Positions 48,784 to 59,957 of a stretch of DNA of 64,000 bases are shown here, one piece after another; the stretch's first letter is position 1; each line of letters opens with the position of its first letter. This stretch comes from an uncultured delta proteobacterium. GTDB lineage: Bacteria; Myxococcota_A; Polyangia; Haliangiales; Haliangiaceae. A program made the position numbers and the translations under genes. The stretch is taken from the NCBI GenBank assembly GCA_963774445.1, contig CAVZFC010000035.1, positions 261,470 through 325,469 on the forward strand, written 5' to 3'. The notes under the pieces were generated by a model that was not told the DNA's origin, did no database searches, and saw only the letters and a program-made list of their open reading frames with translations.

Positions 48784-50450
48784 TTTTTGCACCCCGGTCC
48801 CAGCTCGGCCCCGGCCTTCTTCAGCGCCGCGTCGCGCAGCTCGTGCGCGGTCGGTCCGTCGCCCAGCTCCACGCGCAGCTTCTCGCCGTGGCCCGGGCCG
48901 GTGACGTCGCGCAGGTACGCGTCGTAGTCGAAGGTGTCGGAGTGCTCGGGGGTGTGGCACTTCGCGCAGCGCTCGGCCGGCGGCTTGGTCACCAGCGACA
49001 ACGGCTTCTCCTTGCCGTCTTCGTCCACGTGGATCGACCCGGGGCCGTGGCAGACCTCGCACTGCACGTTGCGCAGGTTTTCGTTGACCGACAGCGTCGA
49101 GCCGCCCGGCTCCTTCCACCCGGTGACGTGGCAGCCGATGCAGTCGTAGCTCCACTGCTTGCCGACGTCGACCAGCGTCTTCCACGCCTGGGCGTGCCGG
49201 GTCTTCTTCCAGAACTTCACCGCCTCGCCGTGGCAGAAGCCGCACTCTTCGATCCCCGAGTAGCCGGCGTGCCCCTTGTCCGGCGCCACCGGCTGGTCAT
49301 CCTTGGCCGCCGCCAGGTTGGCCTTGCCGACCTCTTCGTCGAGCTTGGTCTTGGCCGTCTGCACCTCGGCGTCGCACGGCAGGCCCTTGGTGATCTGGAC
49401 CTGCTGCATGACGAACCAGCTGCCCTTGTCGGGAACCTGCAGCGGGTTGGCGGCCAGCGCCGTCTTTTCCGCCCTGGCGTCGGCCAGCTCCTTCTTCTTG
49501 GTGGCGACGAAGTCGGGGTCGGCGGTGGGGTCGTTCGCCCATTTGGCCAGCTGCGCCTCGAGGGCGGGGATGCGCTCCTCCAGCGCGGCGATGTGGCTCT
49601 TGGCCCGGGCCTGCCCCAGCGCGTCGGCCAGCGGCCCGTCGCCGCGCACGGTGACGTCCATCCGGGTCACCACCTGGCCGCGGTTGCCCGGCTGCACCAG
49701 CCAGGTCGACCCGACCTTGCCCGGGTCGGGGATGATCTTGTTCGGCTCGGGCGCCTCGGCACCGACGACGATGATGTCGATGCCGTCGACCTGCCGGGCC
49801 AGGTCGCGCGCCTCGCGCATCGGCATGTAGGCCAGGCCGACGACGACCTGGGCGCCGCCGTCGCGGAGCTTTTTCACCGCGGCGGCGGCCGGGCCTTTGG
49901 CCTCACCCGCGGCGGGGACGAGCGAGGGCGAGACGGCGCCGAAGATGCCCACCTTGACCCCGCCGGCCGTCACGACCGTGGGCTCGGCCAGGGGCAGCCC
50001 GGCGCTGGCCGGCACGTTGGCCGCCTGGCGCGGCGGTCGCACCCCCTCGGGGCCCAGCGCCAGATCGGTCGAGCCCAGGCCGACGGCGTCCACGTGCAGC
50101 CGCCCGGTCATGGTGCGGTACAGGAGGTCGGCCTTGGCCCGGGTCTGGGTGGCCGCCTCGGCCGGCAGCGGGGGCTTGGCGTACAGGGTCGAGCCGCCGT
50201 CCACATAAATGACCGCGTCCTTGCCCGCGCGGGCGTTAGCGATCATCGCGACGGTCCGCGACAGGTCGCCCATCGGATCGCTGGTGCAGCCGCAAGGCTC
50301 AATATTTCCCAGCAGTTCGGTCGTCGCGAACAGGGTAAAGGTGGACCCGCCGCTGCCCTCCTTGGTGGCCTTGCCCGAGGACGAGGCCGAACAGGTGGCG
50401 GTCACCCCCACGAGCGCCAGATAGGCGAAACTCCTGGCCAGGCGAGGCAT
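48780..50450 (-). CDS. multihaem c-type cytochrome lipoprotein with large N-terminal non-cytochrome domain
   Basis: Internal start MPRLARSF. Lipobox GVTATC. Four CxxCH motifs (CGFCH, CIGCH, CEVCH, CAKCH) in the C-terminal third. Confidence 0.7.
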   Translation of the reverse strand: MPRLARSFAYLALVGVTATCSASSSGKATKEGSGGSTFTLFATTELLGNIEPCGCTSDPMGDLSRTVAMIANARAGKDAVIYVDGGSTLYAKPPLPAEAATQTRAKADLLYRTMTGRLHVDAVGLGSTDLALGPEGVRPPRQAANVPASAGLPLAEPTVVTAGGVKVGIFGAVSPSLVPAAGEAKGPAAAAVKKLRDGGAQVVVGLAYMPMREARDLARQVDGIDIIVVGAEAPEPNKIIPDPGKVGSTWLVQPGNRGQVVTRMDVTVRGDGPLADALGQARAKSHIAALEERIPALEAQLAKWANDPTADPDFVATKKKELADARAEKTALAANPLQVPDKGSWFVMQQVQITKGLPCDAEVQTAKTKLDEEVGKANLAAAKDDQPVAPDKGHAGYSGIEECGFCHGEAVKFWKKTRHAQAWKTLVDVGKQWSYDCIGCHVTGWKEPGGSTLSVNENLRNVQCEVCHGPGSIHVDEDGKEKPLSLVTKPPAERCAKCHTPEHSDTFDYDAYLRDVTGPGHGEKLRVELGDGPTAHELRDAALKKAGAELGPGCKK

Positions 50451-50534
50451 GCCCCGACGTATAGCACGCTTGACACCCCCATACCTCACGGGTAGATTGC
50501 GCCGCTCGTAACCGACCACAAACCGAGAGAAACC

Positions 50535-50786
50535 ATGGCTGTTGCTATTCGACTCGCCCGTCAGGGCGCAAAGAAGCGTCCCTTCTACCGCGTTGTCGCG
50601 GCCGACAAGACCGCCCCGCGTGATGGGCGCTTCATCGATCAGCTCGGCTTCTACGACCCGCGCGCCAAGCAGTTCCAGATCGACGACGAGCGCTACGACT
50701 CGTGGATCGCGAACGGCGCGCTGCCGACCGCCACGGTCAAGCAGCTGGTCAAGAAGAACCGCCGCGCTGTCGTCGAGGCCAAGTAG
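50535..50786 (+). CDS. rpsP: 30S ribosomal protein S16
   Basis: [21 protein letters not shown]. Confidence 0.95.
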   Translation: MAVAIRLARQGAKKRPFYRVVAADKTAPRDGRFIDQLGFYDPRAKQFQIDDERYDSWIANGALPTATVKQLVKKNRRAVVEAK

Positions 50787-50791
50787 GCCCC

Positions 50792-51037
50792 ATGTCGTCG
50801 CCCGACATCGAGGAGCTGATCCGCTTCGTCGCCGTCAACCTCGTCGACGACCCCGAAGAGGTGCATGTCACCCTTGTCGAGGAGCGGCAGGCCAACGTCT
50901 ACGAGCTCGAGGTCGACGAGGATGACCTCGGCATCGTGATCGGCCGCGGCGGCAAGACCGCCCGCGCCATTCGCACCCTGGTCAGCGCCGTCGCGCCGCG
51001 ATCGCGGAAGCGCACGCTGGTCGAAATTCTCGAGTAG
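50792..51037 (+). CDS. KH-domain RNA-binding protein (YlqC-like)
   Basis: IVIGRGGKTARAIRTL. Confidence 0.8.
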   Translation: MSSPDIEELIRFVAVNLVDDPEEVHVTLVEERQANVYELEVDEDDLGIVIGRGGKTARAIRTLVSAVAPRSRKRTLVEILE

Positions 51038-51058
51038 TCAGTCCGCGCGCGCTCTCCC

Positions 51059-51562
51059 ATGTCGAAGCGCGTCGAGGTCGGTTACGTCGCCCGGGCGCAC
51101 GGCGTCCGCGGCGAGCTGCGCGTGGTCCTGCACAACCAGGAGTCACGCGCCTTCGAATCCGCGCGCCGGGTGGCGGTGGGCGGCGAGGTCTACGACCTGG
51201 CCCGCGCGCGGCCGGTGGATGGCGCCGTGCTGCTGTCGCTGACCGGCCTGGACGACCGCGAGGCCGCCCAGGCGCTGCGCGGCGCCGTCGTCGAGGTCGA
51301 TCGCGACGACCTTCCGACCGGCGACGACGAGCTGCTGCTGGTCGATCTGGTCGGCCTGTCGGTCGAGCTGGCCGACGGCAGCCCGTGGGGCGAGGTGGTT
51401 GCCGTCGAGCCGGGACCGCAAGATCGCCTGGTCATTCACGACGGCGAGCTCGAGCGCTTGCTGCCGCTGGTCGATGACCTGATCGTCAACCTCGACGTCA
51501 ACGGCGGTCGAATCGTTGTCGATCCACCCGAGGGCTGGCCGTCGTCGCCGCGGAAGCGCTGA
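51059..51562 (+). CDS. rimM: ribosome maturation factor RimM
   Basis: VGYVARAHGVRGEL. PRC barrel. Confidence 0.9.
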   Translation: MSKRVEVGYVARAHGVRGELRVVLHNQESRAFESARRVAVGGEVYDLARARPVDGAVLLSLTGLDDREAAQALRGAVVEVDRDDLPTGDDELLLVDLVGLSVELADGSPWGEVVAVEPGPQDRLVIHDGELERLLPLVDDLIVNLDVNGGRIVVDPPEGWPSSPRKR

Positions 51563-51565
51563 GCC

Positions 51566-52840
51566 GTGCACGTCACCGTCGTCACCCTCTTTCCCGACAT
51601 GTTCGCCTCGGTGCTCGGTGCCGGTGTGCTGGGCAAGGCGATCGAGACCGGCCTGGTCACCGTCAACTTCGTCGACCCGCGCGACTTCACGCGCGACCGC
51701 CATCGCAGCGTCAACGACTCGCCGTACGGCGGCGGGCCCGGCATGGTGATGAAGGTCAACTGCCTGGTCAACGCAATCGAGGCGGCGTCGGCGCGAACCG
51801 AGGCCGCCAGCCACCGCGTGCTGATGACCCCGGCGGGGGCGCCGCTGTCGCAGGCGCGGGTGCGCGAGCTGGCGGCGCGGCCCCACCTGGTAATCGTCTG
51901 CGGTCGCTACGAAGGGATCGACGACCGGGTGGTCGAGCTGGCTATCGACGAGGAGCTGAGCGTCGGCGACTTCGTCCTCTCGGGTGGCGAGATCGGCGCC
52001 CTGGCGGTGATCGACGCGGTCGCCCGCTACGTGCCCGGCGTGCTCGGCGCGGCGACCTCCACCGACGAGGAGTCGTTCTCGGCCGGGCTGCTCGAGTATC
52101 CGCACTACACGCGGCCGCTGGACTACCGCGGCCTGTCGGTACCGGAGGTGCTGACCAGCGGCGACCACTCGCGGATCGCCGCGTGGCGCCACCAGCGCGC
52201 GCTGGAGCGGACCGCGGCCCGGCGGCCGGAGTTGCTCGCTGGCGGCGACGCGCCCGGCCTGGTGGCGCTCGCGGCGCGTACCTACGTCGCGCTGGTCCAT
52301 CACCCGGTGCTCGATCGCGAGGGCGCCCGGGTAACGAGCTCGATCACCAACCTCGACGTCCACGACATCGCCCGCTCGTCGGCGACCTACGGCCTGGCCG
52401 GCTACTACGTCGTCACGCCGGTCGCAGCGCAGCGCGAGAAGGCCGAGCGGATCGTCACCGCCTGGCCGGATCACGTCGGCGACGCCGCCGACAATCGGGT
52501 CAACGCGCTGGCGCTGGTGCGCACGGCGCCCGCGCTAGCCGACGTTTGTCACGAGATCGGAGGCCGGCACAAGCGCCCGCCGCTGGTCGTGGCCACCTCG
52601 GCCCGGCCCGGCCAGGAGCCGCCGCGAGTCGGATTCGCCCGCCTTCTGGCCGAGGCCCTGGCCGACGACCGCCGGCCGCTGCTCCTTTGCCTGGGAACCG
52701 GGTGGGGACTGGCTCCGGAGCTGGTTTCTCAATGTGATCGAGTACTTGCGCCGATTCGAGGGGCTCCGAAGTTCAATCATCTCAGTGTTCGCAGCGCGGC
52801 GGCGTCGATCCTGGATCGGCTCTTCGGCCTCCGCGCTTGA
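51566..52840 (+). CDS. trmD: tRNA (guanine37-N1)-methyltransferase TrmD fused to a C-terminal SpoU/TrmH-like domain
   Basis: The N-terminal 230 aa (VVTLFPDMF...SPYGGGPGMVM...GRYEGIDDRV) is TrmD. The C-terminal 190 aa has SpoU-like motifs (CLGTGWGL, NHLSVRSAAASILDRL). Confidence 0.8.
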   Translation: MHVTVVTLFPDMFASVLGAGVLGKAIETGLVTVNFVDPRDFTRDRHRSVNDSPYGGGPGMVMKVNCLVNAIEAASARTEAASHRVLMTPAGAPLSQARVRELAARPHLVIVCGRYEGIDDRVVELAIDEELSVGDFVLSGGEIGALAVIDAVARYVPGVLGAATSTDEESFSAGLLEYPHYTRPLDYRGLSVPEVLTSGDHSRIAAWRHQRALERTAARRPELLAGGDAPGLVALAARTYVALVHHPVLDREGARVTSSITNLDVHDIARSSATYGLAGYYVVTPVAAQREKAERIVTAWPDHVGDAADNRVNALALVRTAPALADVCHEIGGRHKRPPLVVATSARPGQEPPRVGFARLLAEALADDRRPLLLCLGTGWGLAPELVSQCDRVLAPIRGAPKFNHLSVRSAAASILDRLFGLRA

Positions 52841-52891
52841 CGAACCCCGCGGATCTCTGGCAGAACTTGCCGCTCTTACGAGAGGCCCGTC

Positions 52892-53344
52892 ATGCCCCAG
52901 CCCAATCCGGTTATCCAGAAGATCGAAAATCAGTTCCTCCGCGAGTCCAAGCTGCCGGAGTTTCGCGCAGGCGATACGCTCAAGGTCTGGGTGCGGATCA
53001 CCGAAGGCGCCAAGAGCCGCCTGCAGGCGTTCGAAGGCGTGTGCATCCGCCGTCATCGCGGCGGCAATCGCTCGACCTTCACCGTGCGCAAGGTGTCGTA
53101 CGGCGTCGGTGTCGAGCGCGTCTTCGCTGACAATTCGCCCAACATCGATCACGTCGAGGTCAAGGCCCGCGGTCGTGTGAGGCAGGCGCGCCTGTACTAC
53201 CTGCGCGGCCTCAGCGGCAAGGCAGCCCGCATCAAGGAGCGCGCCTTCGACCGGGCCGCTCACGCCCGGGCCGTCGCCGCCGACGACAAGCCCAAGCGCA
53301 AGAAGCGCGGGCGCAAGAAGAAGACCGAAGACACCGCCGAGTAG
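52892..53344 (+). CDS. rplS: 50S ribosomal protein L19
   Basis: FRAGDTLKV...[13 protein letters not shown]. Confidence 0.95.
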   Translation: MPQPNPVIQKIENQFLRESKLPEFRAGDTLKVWVRITEGAKSRLQAFEGVCIRRHRGGNRSTFTVRKVSYGVGVERVFADNSPNIDHVEVKARGRVRQARLYYLRGLSGKAARIKERAFDRAAHARAVAADDKPKRKKRGRKKKTEDTAE

Positions 53345-53346
53345 GC

Positions 53347-53697
53347 GTGTCAACCCGCGAGCGAGGGCAGCGGGGAGAAGATCGAGCCGCGCGCGCGTTG
53401 GCGCGCCGCGGCTACCGCATCGTCGAGCGCAACTACCGCTGTCGCCTGGGCGAGATCGATATCGTCGCCCGCGACGGTGAGACGCTCGTCTTCGTCGAGG
53501 TGCGCAGTCGCGCCGACGGCCGCCACGGAAGCGGCCTCGACGCGGTGTCACCGCGCAAGCAGCGGCAGGTCGCCCGGGTCGCCGAGCAGTACCTGGTCGC
53601 TCGGCGGCCGCAGTTCGACAGCTGCCGCTTCGACGTCGTCGGCATCACCGGCGACGACGTCGTGATCGTGCGCGACGCGTTCCGGCTCGGCTACTGA
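53347..53697 (+). CDS. YraN-family (UPF0102) endonuclease-like protein
   Basis: GEIDIVARDGETLVFVEVRSR. Confidence 0.8.
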   Translation: MSTRERGQRGEDRAARALARRGYRIVERNYRCRLGEIDIVARDGETLVFVEVRSRADGRHGSGLDAVSPRKQRQVARVAEQYLVARRPQFDSCRFDVVGITGDDVVIVRDAFRLGY

Positions 53698-53713
53698 GCG
53701 CGGGGCCGCGGCG

Positions 53714-54181
53714 TTACTGGCACTGCTCGAGCGTCTCGTTGCCGGGCAGGTTGCAGCAATGGTTCTCGGGCACGCCGGCGATGCAGGCCTGCGGCGTGGG
53801 CACGCCGCCGTCCGGGATCTGCAGGTAGTCGCGGCAGACGCACATCTTGCGGCAGCAGAACGGCCCGACGACCACCGGGATGGTGCAGGTGAAGCCGGTC
53901 TGGCAGGGTGACTCGGGAACACGGTCGCAGTCGCTGTCGCTCTGGCAGGTGGCGGTGCAGAGGTCGGCGTACTCGCTGCCCATCGGCAGCTCGCGTCGGA
54001 GCGGCTGGTGCAGGCAGGTGCGCGACGGGCACTCGAGGGCTGGTGACGCGATCACGGCTTCGGTCGCCGTGCCGGCGTCGAGGCCGATGAAGCACTTGCG
54101 CCCGACTGGGTTGTCCGAGCAAGCGGTCGCGAGAAGGCCCGCGCACGCGGCGAGCACGACGAGAATCGCATTGGCGCGCAT
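53714..54181 (-). CDS. Cys-rich secreted lipoprotein
   Basis: Internal start MRANAILVVLAACAGLLATAC. 16 Cys in the mature region. Confidence 0.5.
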   Translation of the reverse strand: MRANAILVVLAACAGLLATACSDNPVGRKCFIGLDAGTATEAVIASPALECPSRTCLHQPLRRELPMGSEYADLCTATCQSDSDCDRVPESPCQTGFTCTIPVVVGPFCCRKMCVCRDYLQIPDGGVPTPQACIAGVPENHCCNLPGNETLEQCQ

Positions 54182-54534
54182 GGCGCGGGATCGCTGCATC
54201 GAAAGAGCTCCTGACATCCCGTTGATCCCTCGAAAAAGGCGCACCACGCGTGCGCCCACGCGTCGCCATCATAATCCGGCACCTATCGATGTCAAGCACG
54301 CGACTCCGCAAAATTCCTCCGCTTTTTTCCTAAACGGATCGGCTTTTCACTGGCCACTGATCACAACGCTGGGGCGATTGTCCATCCGACCTGCAACCAG
54401 CACCTGCCCAGGGTGTCGTAGCGAGGACCAGCCAGAGCCCGGCAGCTTGACAAGTGTGTGAGCCCACCGCGATGATGCGCACCGCGTATCGCCGAGCGCG
54501 TGCCCGAGGCTCGACGACTGGGAGGTCATCTAGA

Positions 54535-56142
<1,608 letters not shown>

Positions 56143-56358
56143 CCAGCCCTGAGCTCTTCACTGTCTACCGGCGCGTCGCCTCGCCCCAACCTGATGACGC
56201 CCAAGACAGGCACCAAAACCGCCGGCCACCGGCCGGCAAACCAGCACAACTCGTGTGAGAGCGACGTTTCCGCGGCCGCGTTCAGCCGGCTCACGGGCCG
56301 TCGCTCATTTCGTTTTCGGAGTCCCGCCAGGACAGAAGCGAGACAAGGGGAGAGAGCC

Positions 56359-59300
56359 ATGAAACATGTCCGTCTACTAGGAGCGGCGCTCGCTGGCGCG
56401 CTCGTGCTCACCTGGCTGGCGCCCGGTGACGCGCTGGCGCAGCACGCGCGCTACAACCGCGAGTCCAAGGTCAACATCAAGGTCAAGCAGAGCAGCAAGA
56501 CCAAGAAGCTGAAGGCGAAGAAGAAAAAGTCGTCGGAGCTCAAGCCCGAGCTGACCGCCGACGAGTTCATCGAGATCGCCGGTCAGGTGAGCCACATCCG
56601 CGCGGCGCAGATCGAGGCGCTCAACCAGCTCATCAGTGAGACCGAGGCCGACGACCCGGAGCTCCCCGACCTGCACTTCCGGCTGGCGGAGATGTACGCC
56701 CAGCAGAACCGGTACTGGAACCACCGGGGCATGGAAGAGTTCGTCCAGATGGACAAGCTGAAGAGGGCGCACAAGAGCACTGCCGCGCTCAAGCGCAAGC
56801 AGAAGTCCTACTTCGACGAGTCCAAGAAGTACCTGGTGCGGGCGATCAAGCAGTACAAGAACCTGTTCTGTAGCCCCAAGGACCTGGGCGCCGGGCTCAA
56901 CTGCCGGCCCAACCCCAATTTCCGCAACTACCCGCGCATGGACACGGCGCTGTTCTACTTCGCGTTCACTCTGCAGAGCGCCAAGCAGATGACGGACGCC
57001 CGCAAGGTCTACGCACGTCTGGTCAAGGACTACCCCAAGTCCAAGTACATCCCCAGCGCGTTCCTGTCGTTCGCCGAGTACTACTTCGAGGCCGGCGAGC
57101 TGGCCAACGCTGAGCGCTTCTACGACAAGGTTCTGCAGTTCCCCAAGGCGCCGGTCTACACCTACGCGCTGTACAAGAAAGGCTGGGTCTTCCTCAACCT
57201 CGACCGCAACCAGGAGGCCTATGAGGTCTTCACCAAGGTTGCGCGGCTGACCGACGGCAAGAAGTCGAAGAAGACCATCAACCTGGCGTCCAAGAAGGAC
57301 TGCGTTCGCGCCTACGCCGAGATGGGCCGGGCCGAGACCGCGCTCAAGGCGTTCGAGCGCGTCAACCGCAAGTTCGCGCCGACGATGTTGCAGATCCTGG
57401 GCGACATGTACATGGACGACGGCAAGGCCGAGAAGGCGATCTACGTCTTCCGCGAGCTGATCGGCCTGGAGGCCAAGAAGTCGAAGAAGAGCCCGCAGAT
57501 CTGCGAGTGGCAGTACAACGTCGTCCACGCGATGATGTCGATCGGCAGCTACGGCGACAAGGCCGACGAGATCGAGAACCTGGTCAAGCTGTACAAGTAC
57601 CTCAAGGACCACAAAGCCATCCCGGAGTCGAACCTCCAGGAGTGCTACGAGAACGCCATCGCCGTGAACAGCGAGATGGCCAAGATCTGGCACAACGAGG
57701 CGATGAAGACCTTGAACACCGAGACGCTCGCCTACGTCGAGCGGATGTATCACCTGTTCCTCACCAGCTTCCCGGAGTCCGAGGAGTACGGCGAGATGCA
57801 GAAGTACTACGCCGAGCTCCTGTGGCAGCGGGCGCTGAACGAGAAGAACCCGCGCAAGGCGACCGAGATGTGGGAGAAGGCGGCCAACGCCTTCACTGAC
57901 GTGGTCAAGGCCGGCAAGGTCAACAAGAAGCTGCTCAAGGATTCGGCCTACGCCGCCGTGCTGGCGTGGAAGAACGCCCTCGACGTCGATCCGCGGCCGC
58001 AGGGCGTGAGCGCGCCGGACGATCTCGACCAGAAGGAAGAGGAGATCCCCAAGCCCAAGGAGATCCCGGAGCGCGAACAGAAGATGATCGACGCCTTCGA
58101 CATCTACATCACCTACGTCAAGGACCCGACCGACGACGAGCTGGTGCAGATGAAGTTCCTCAAGGCCCGCCTGTACTGGCGCTACAACCAGTTCGACAAG
58201 GCCATCCCGATGTTCGAGGACATCATCAAGCACAACATCAAGCACGAGACGGGCGAGTACTCGATCAACCTCTTGCTCGACACCTTCAGACGCACCCACA
58301 ACTACGACAAGTTGGTCTGGTGGGTGAACTACCTCCTCGAGCACGAGGAGAAGAACCTGAAGGACAAGCAAGAGCTGTGGGGCACGCTGACCAAGCTCAA
58401 GCGCCAGTCGATGCGTAAGCAGGCCGAGCAGCTCGAGAAGGACAAGAAGTACATCGAGTGCGGCAAGGCGTACCTGGCGATCTTCAACGAGGATCCCAAC
58501 AGCGACGACGGTCACGAGCTGCTGTACAACTCGGGCGTCTGCTTCCAGGACGGCATGTCGATGGGCGCTGCCCGTCAGGTGTTCAACATCCTGGCGCAGC
58601 GCTATCCCAAGGAGAAGGTCACGCAGCGCGCGATCGCGCGCCTCGGCTACATCTACGGCCGCGTCGCCTGGTACGGACGCGCCGCCGCGAAGCTCGAGGA
58701 GTACGCCCGCAGGTTCGGCGGCGAGAAGGACGCCTACAAGGCGCTCAACGACGCCGTCTTCTACTACAAGGGCATTGGCGAGGACGACAAGGCGATCAAG
58801 AGCACCGAGTTCTTCGTCAAGCAGTACAAGAAGAAGAAGCCGGTCGAGGCCGCCAACGCGTTCTACAGCCTGGTGACCATCTACGAGAAGCAGGGCGACA
58901 AGGACAAGATCGTCCGCCACCTGCGCGAGTACCTCAAGGAGCACCGCCGCAAGGGCGGGATCGACCGCGAGATCATCGCCCACGTCAAGATCGGGCGGAT
59001 CCTGTGGGACAAGTCGTGCCCGCTGTCCAAGACGGTCAATGGCTCGTGCATCAAGGTCACCCGCCAGCGCGCCATCGCGTCGCGGCGCAAGAAGCGCCGG
59101 CATCACGGTGGCTCGAGTCTGCCGACTCAGTGCGGCCCCGACTCGAAGCTGAAAACGGTGGTCAAGGAGCGCGACAAGCGCCTCGTGCGCGACGCGTACA
59201 AGGAGCTCAACACGGCGGTCAAGCTGTTCCACGGCGGCAAGGCGATCGACAAGGTCCCCGGAGACGCGGCCGAGAAGCAGGCCCGCCAGGAGCAGATGAT

Positions 59301-59940
59301 CGCGGCCTATGCCCAGGCCAAGTTCCTCCTGGCCGAACAGAACTACGAGGAGTTTCTGGGCATGAACTTCCCCAAGAACCTCAACTTCGATCCCAACAAG
59401 AAGAAGGTGAAGGAGAAGTCGCTCAAGATCTTCATGGACTGGATCGCCGACAAGGGGCACAGAATGCTCCAGCTCACCGCCAAGGGCGATGAGACCGATC
59501 CCAAGACCAAGAAGCCTGCCAAGTTGGGCGCCTACCGCGAGGTCATCAACATCAAGGGTGGCGGTGCCGACTACGCCATCGCCGCGGCCGCGCGTATCGG
59601 CCAGGCCGCGCAGAACTTCTCCGACACCCTGTTCACGGCGTCGATCCCTCAGAACGTCCGTACGGGACAGTTCGCCGAGGACAAGGTCGATGCCTACTGC
59701 GACGAGCTGACCTCGCAAGCCACGCCGCTCGAGGACATCTCGATCGGCGCCTTCGGGTTCTGCTTGAAGGTCTCCACCGATCAGAACTGGTTCAACTCGT
59801 GGTCGAAGCTGTGTGAGCGCGAGCTCGGTCAGATTCGCCCCGAGGAGTTCCCCACCGCCGCCGAGCTGCACGAGGATGCCGCCGGTATGGCCCCGGTTAC
59901 CGACATCGAGCCTCCGCAGCTCGAGCTGGTCGGTGAGTGA
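56359..59940 (+). CDS. large secreted TPR-repeat protein (GltD/AgmU/NfsD-like)
   Basis: 1193 aa. Signal peptide MKHVRLLGAALAGALVLTWLA. TPR throughout. The C-terminal 250-aa domain is shared with 8041..8814. Confidence 0.6.
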   Translation: MKHVRLLGAALAGALVLTWLAPGDALAQHARYNRESKVNIKVKQSSKTKKLKAKKKKSSELKPELTADEFIEIAGQVSHIRAAQIEALNQLISETEADDPELPDLHFRLAEMYAQQNRYWNHRGMEEFVQMDKLKRAHKSTAALKRKQKSYFDESKKYLVRAIKQYKNLFCSPKDLGAGLNCRPNPNFRNYPRMDTALFYFAFTLQSAKQMTDARKVYARLVKDYPKSKYIPSAFLSFAEYYFEAGELANAERFYDKVLQFPKAPVYTYALYKKGWVFLNLDRNQEAYEVFTKVARLTDGKKSKKTINLASKKDCVRAYAEMGRAETALKAFERVNRKFAPTMLQILGDMYMDDGKAEKAIYVFRELIGLEAKKSKKSPQICEWQYNVVHAMMSIGSYGDKADEIENLVKLYKYLKDHKAIPESNLQECYENAIAVNSEMAKIWHNEAMKTLNTETLAYVERMYHLFLTSFPESEEYGEMQKYYAELLWQRALNEKNPRKATEMWEKAANAFTDVVKAGKVNKKLLKDSAYAAVLAWKNALDVDPRPQGVSAPDDLDQKEEEIPKPKEIPEREQKMIDAFDIYITYVKDPTDDELVQMKFLKARLYWRYNQFDKAIPMFEDIIKHNIKHETGEYSINLLLDTFRRTHNYDKLVWWVNYLLEHEEKNLKDKQELWGTLTKLKRQSMRKQAEQLEKDKKYIECGKAYLAIFNEDPNSDDGHELLYNSGVCFQDGMSMGAARQVFNILAQRYPKEKVTQRAIARLGYIYGRVAWYGRAAAKLEEYARRFGGEKDAYKALNDAVFYYKGIGEDDKAIKSTEFFVKQYKKKKPVEAANAFYSLVTIYEKQGDKDKIVRHLREYLKEHRRKGGIDREIIAHVKIGRILWDKSCPLSKTVNGSCIKVTRQRAIASRRKKRRHHGGSSLPTQCGPDSKLKTVVKERDKRLVRDAYKELNTAVKLFHGGKAIDKVPGDAAEKQARQEQMIAAYAQAKFLLAEQNYEEFLGMNFPKNLNFDPNKKKVKEKSLKIFMDWIADKGHRMLQLTAKGDETDPKTKKPAKLGAYREVINIKGGGADYAIAAAARIGQAAQNFSDTLFTASIPQNVRTGQFAEDKVDAYCDELTSQATPLEDISIGAFGFCLKVSTDQNWFNSWSKLCERELGQIRPEEFPTAAELHEDAAGMAPVTDIEPPQLELVGE

Positions 59941-59957
59941 AAGGACGGAGGTGAGCT

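Noticed and set aside
56377-59871. 1164-aa minus-strand ORF
   Set aside because: Antisense to the GltD-like TPR gene. Composition is mirror-image junk (Leu/Val/Asp/Gly runs).
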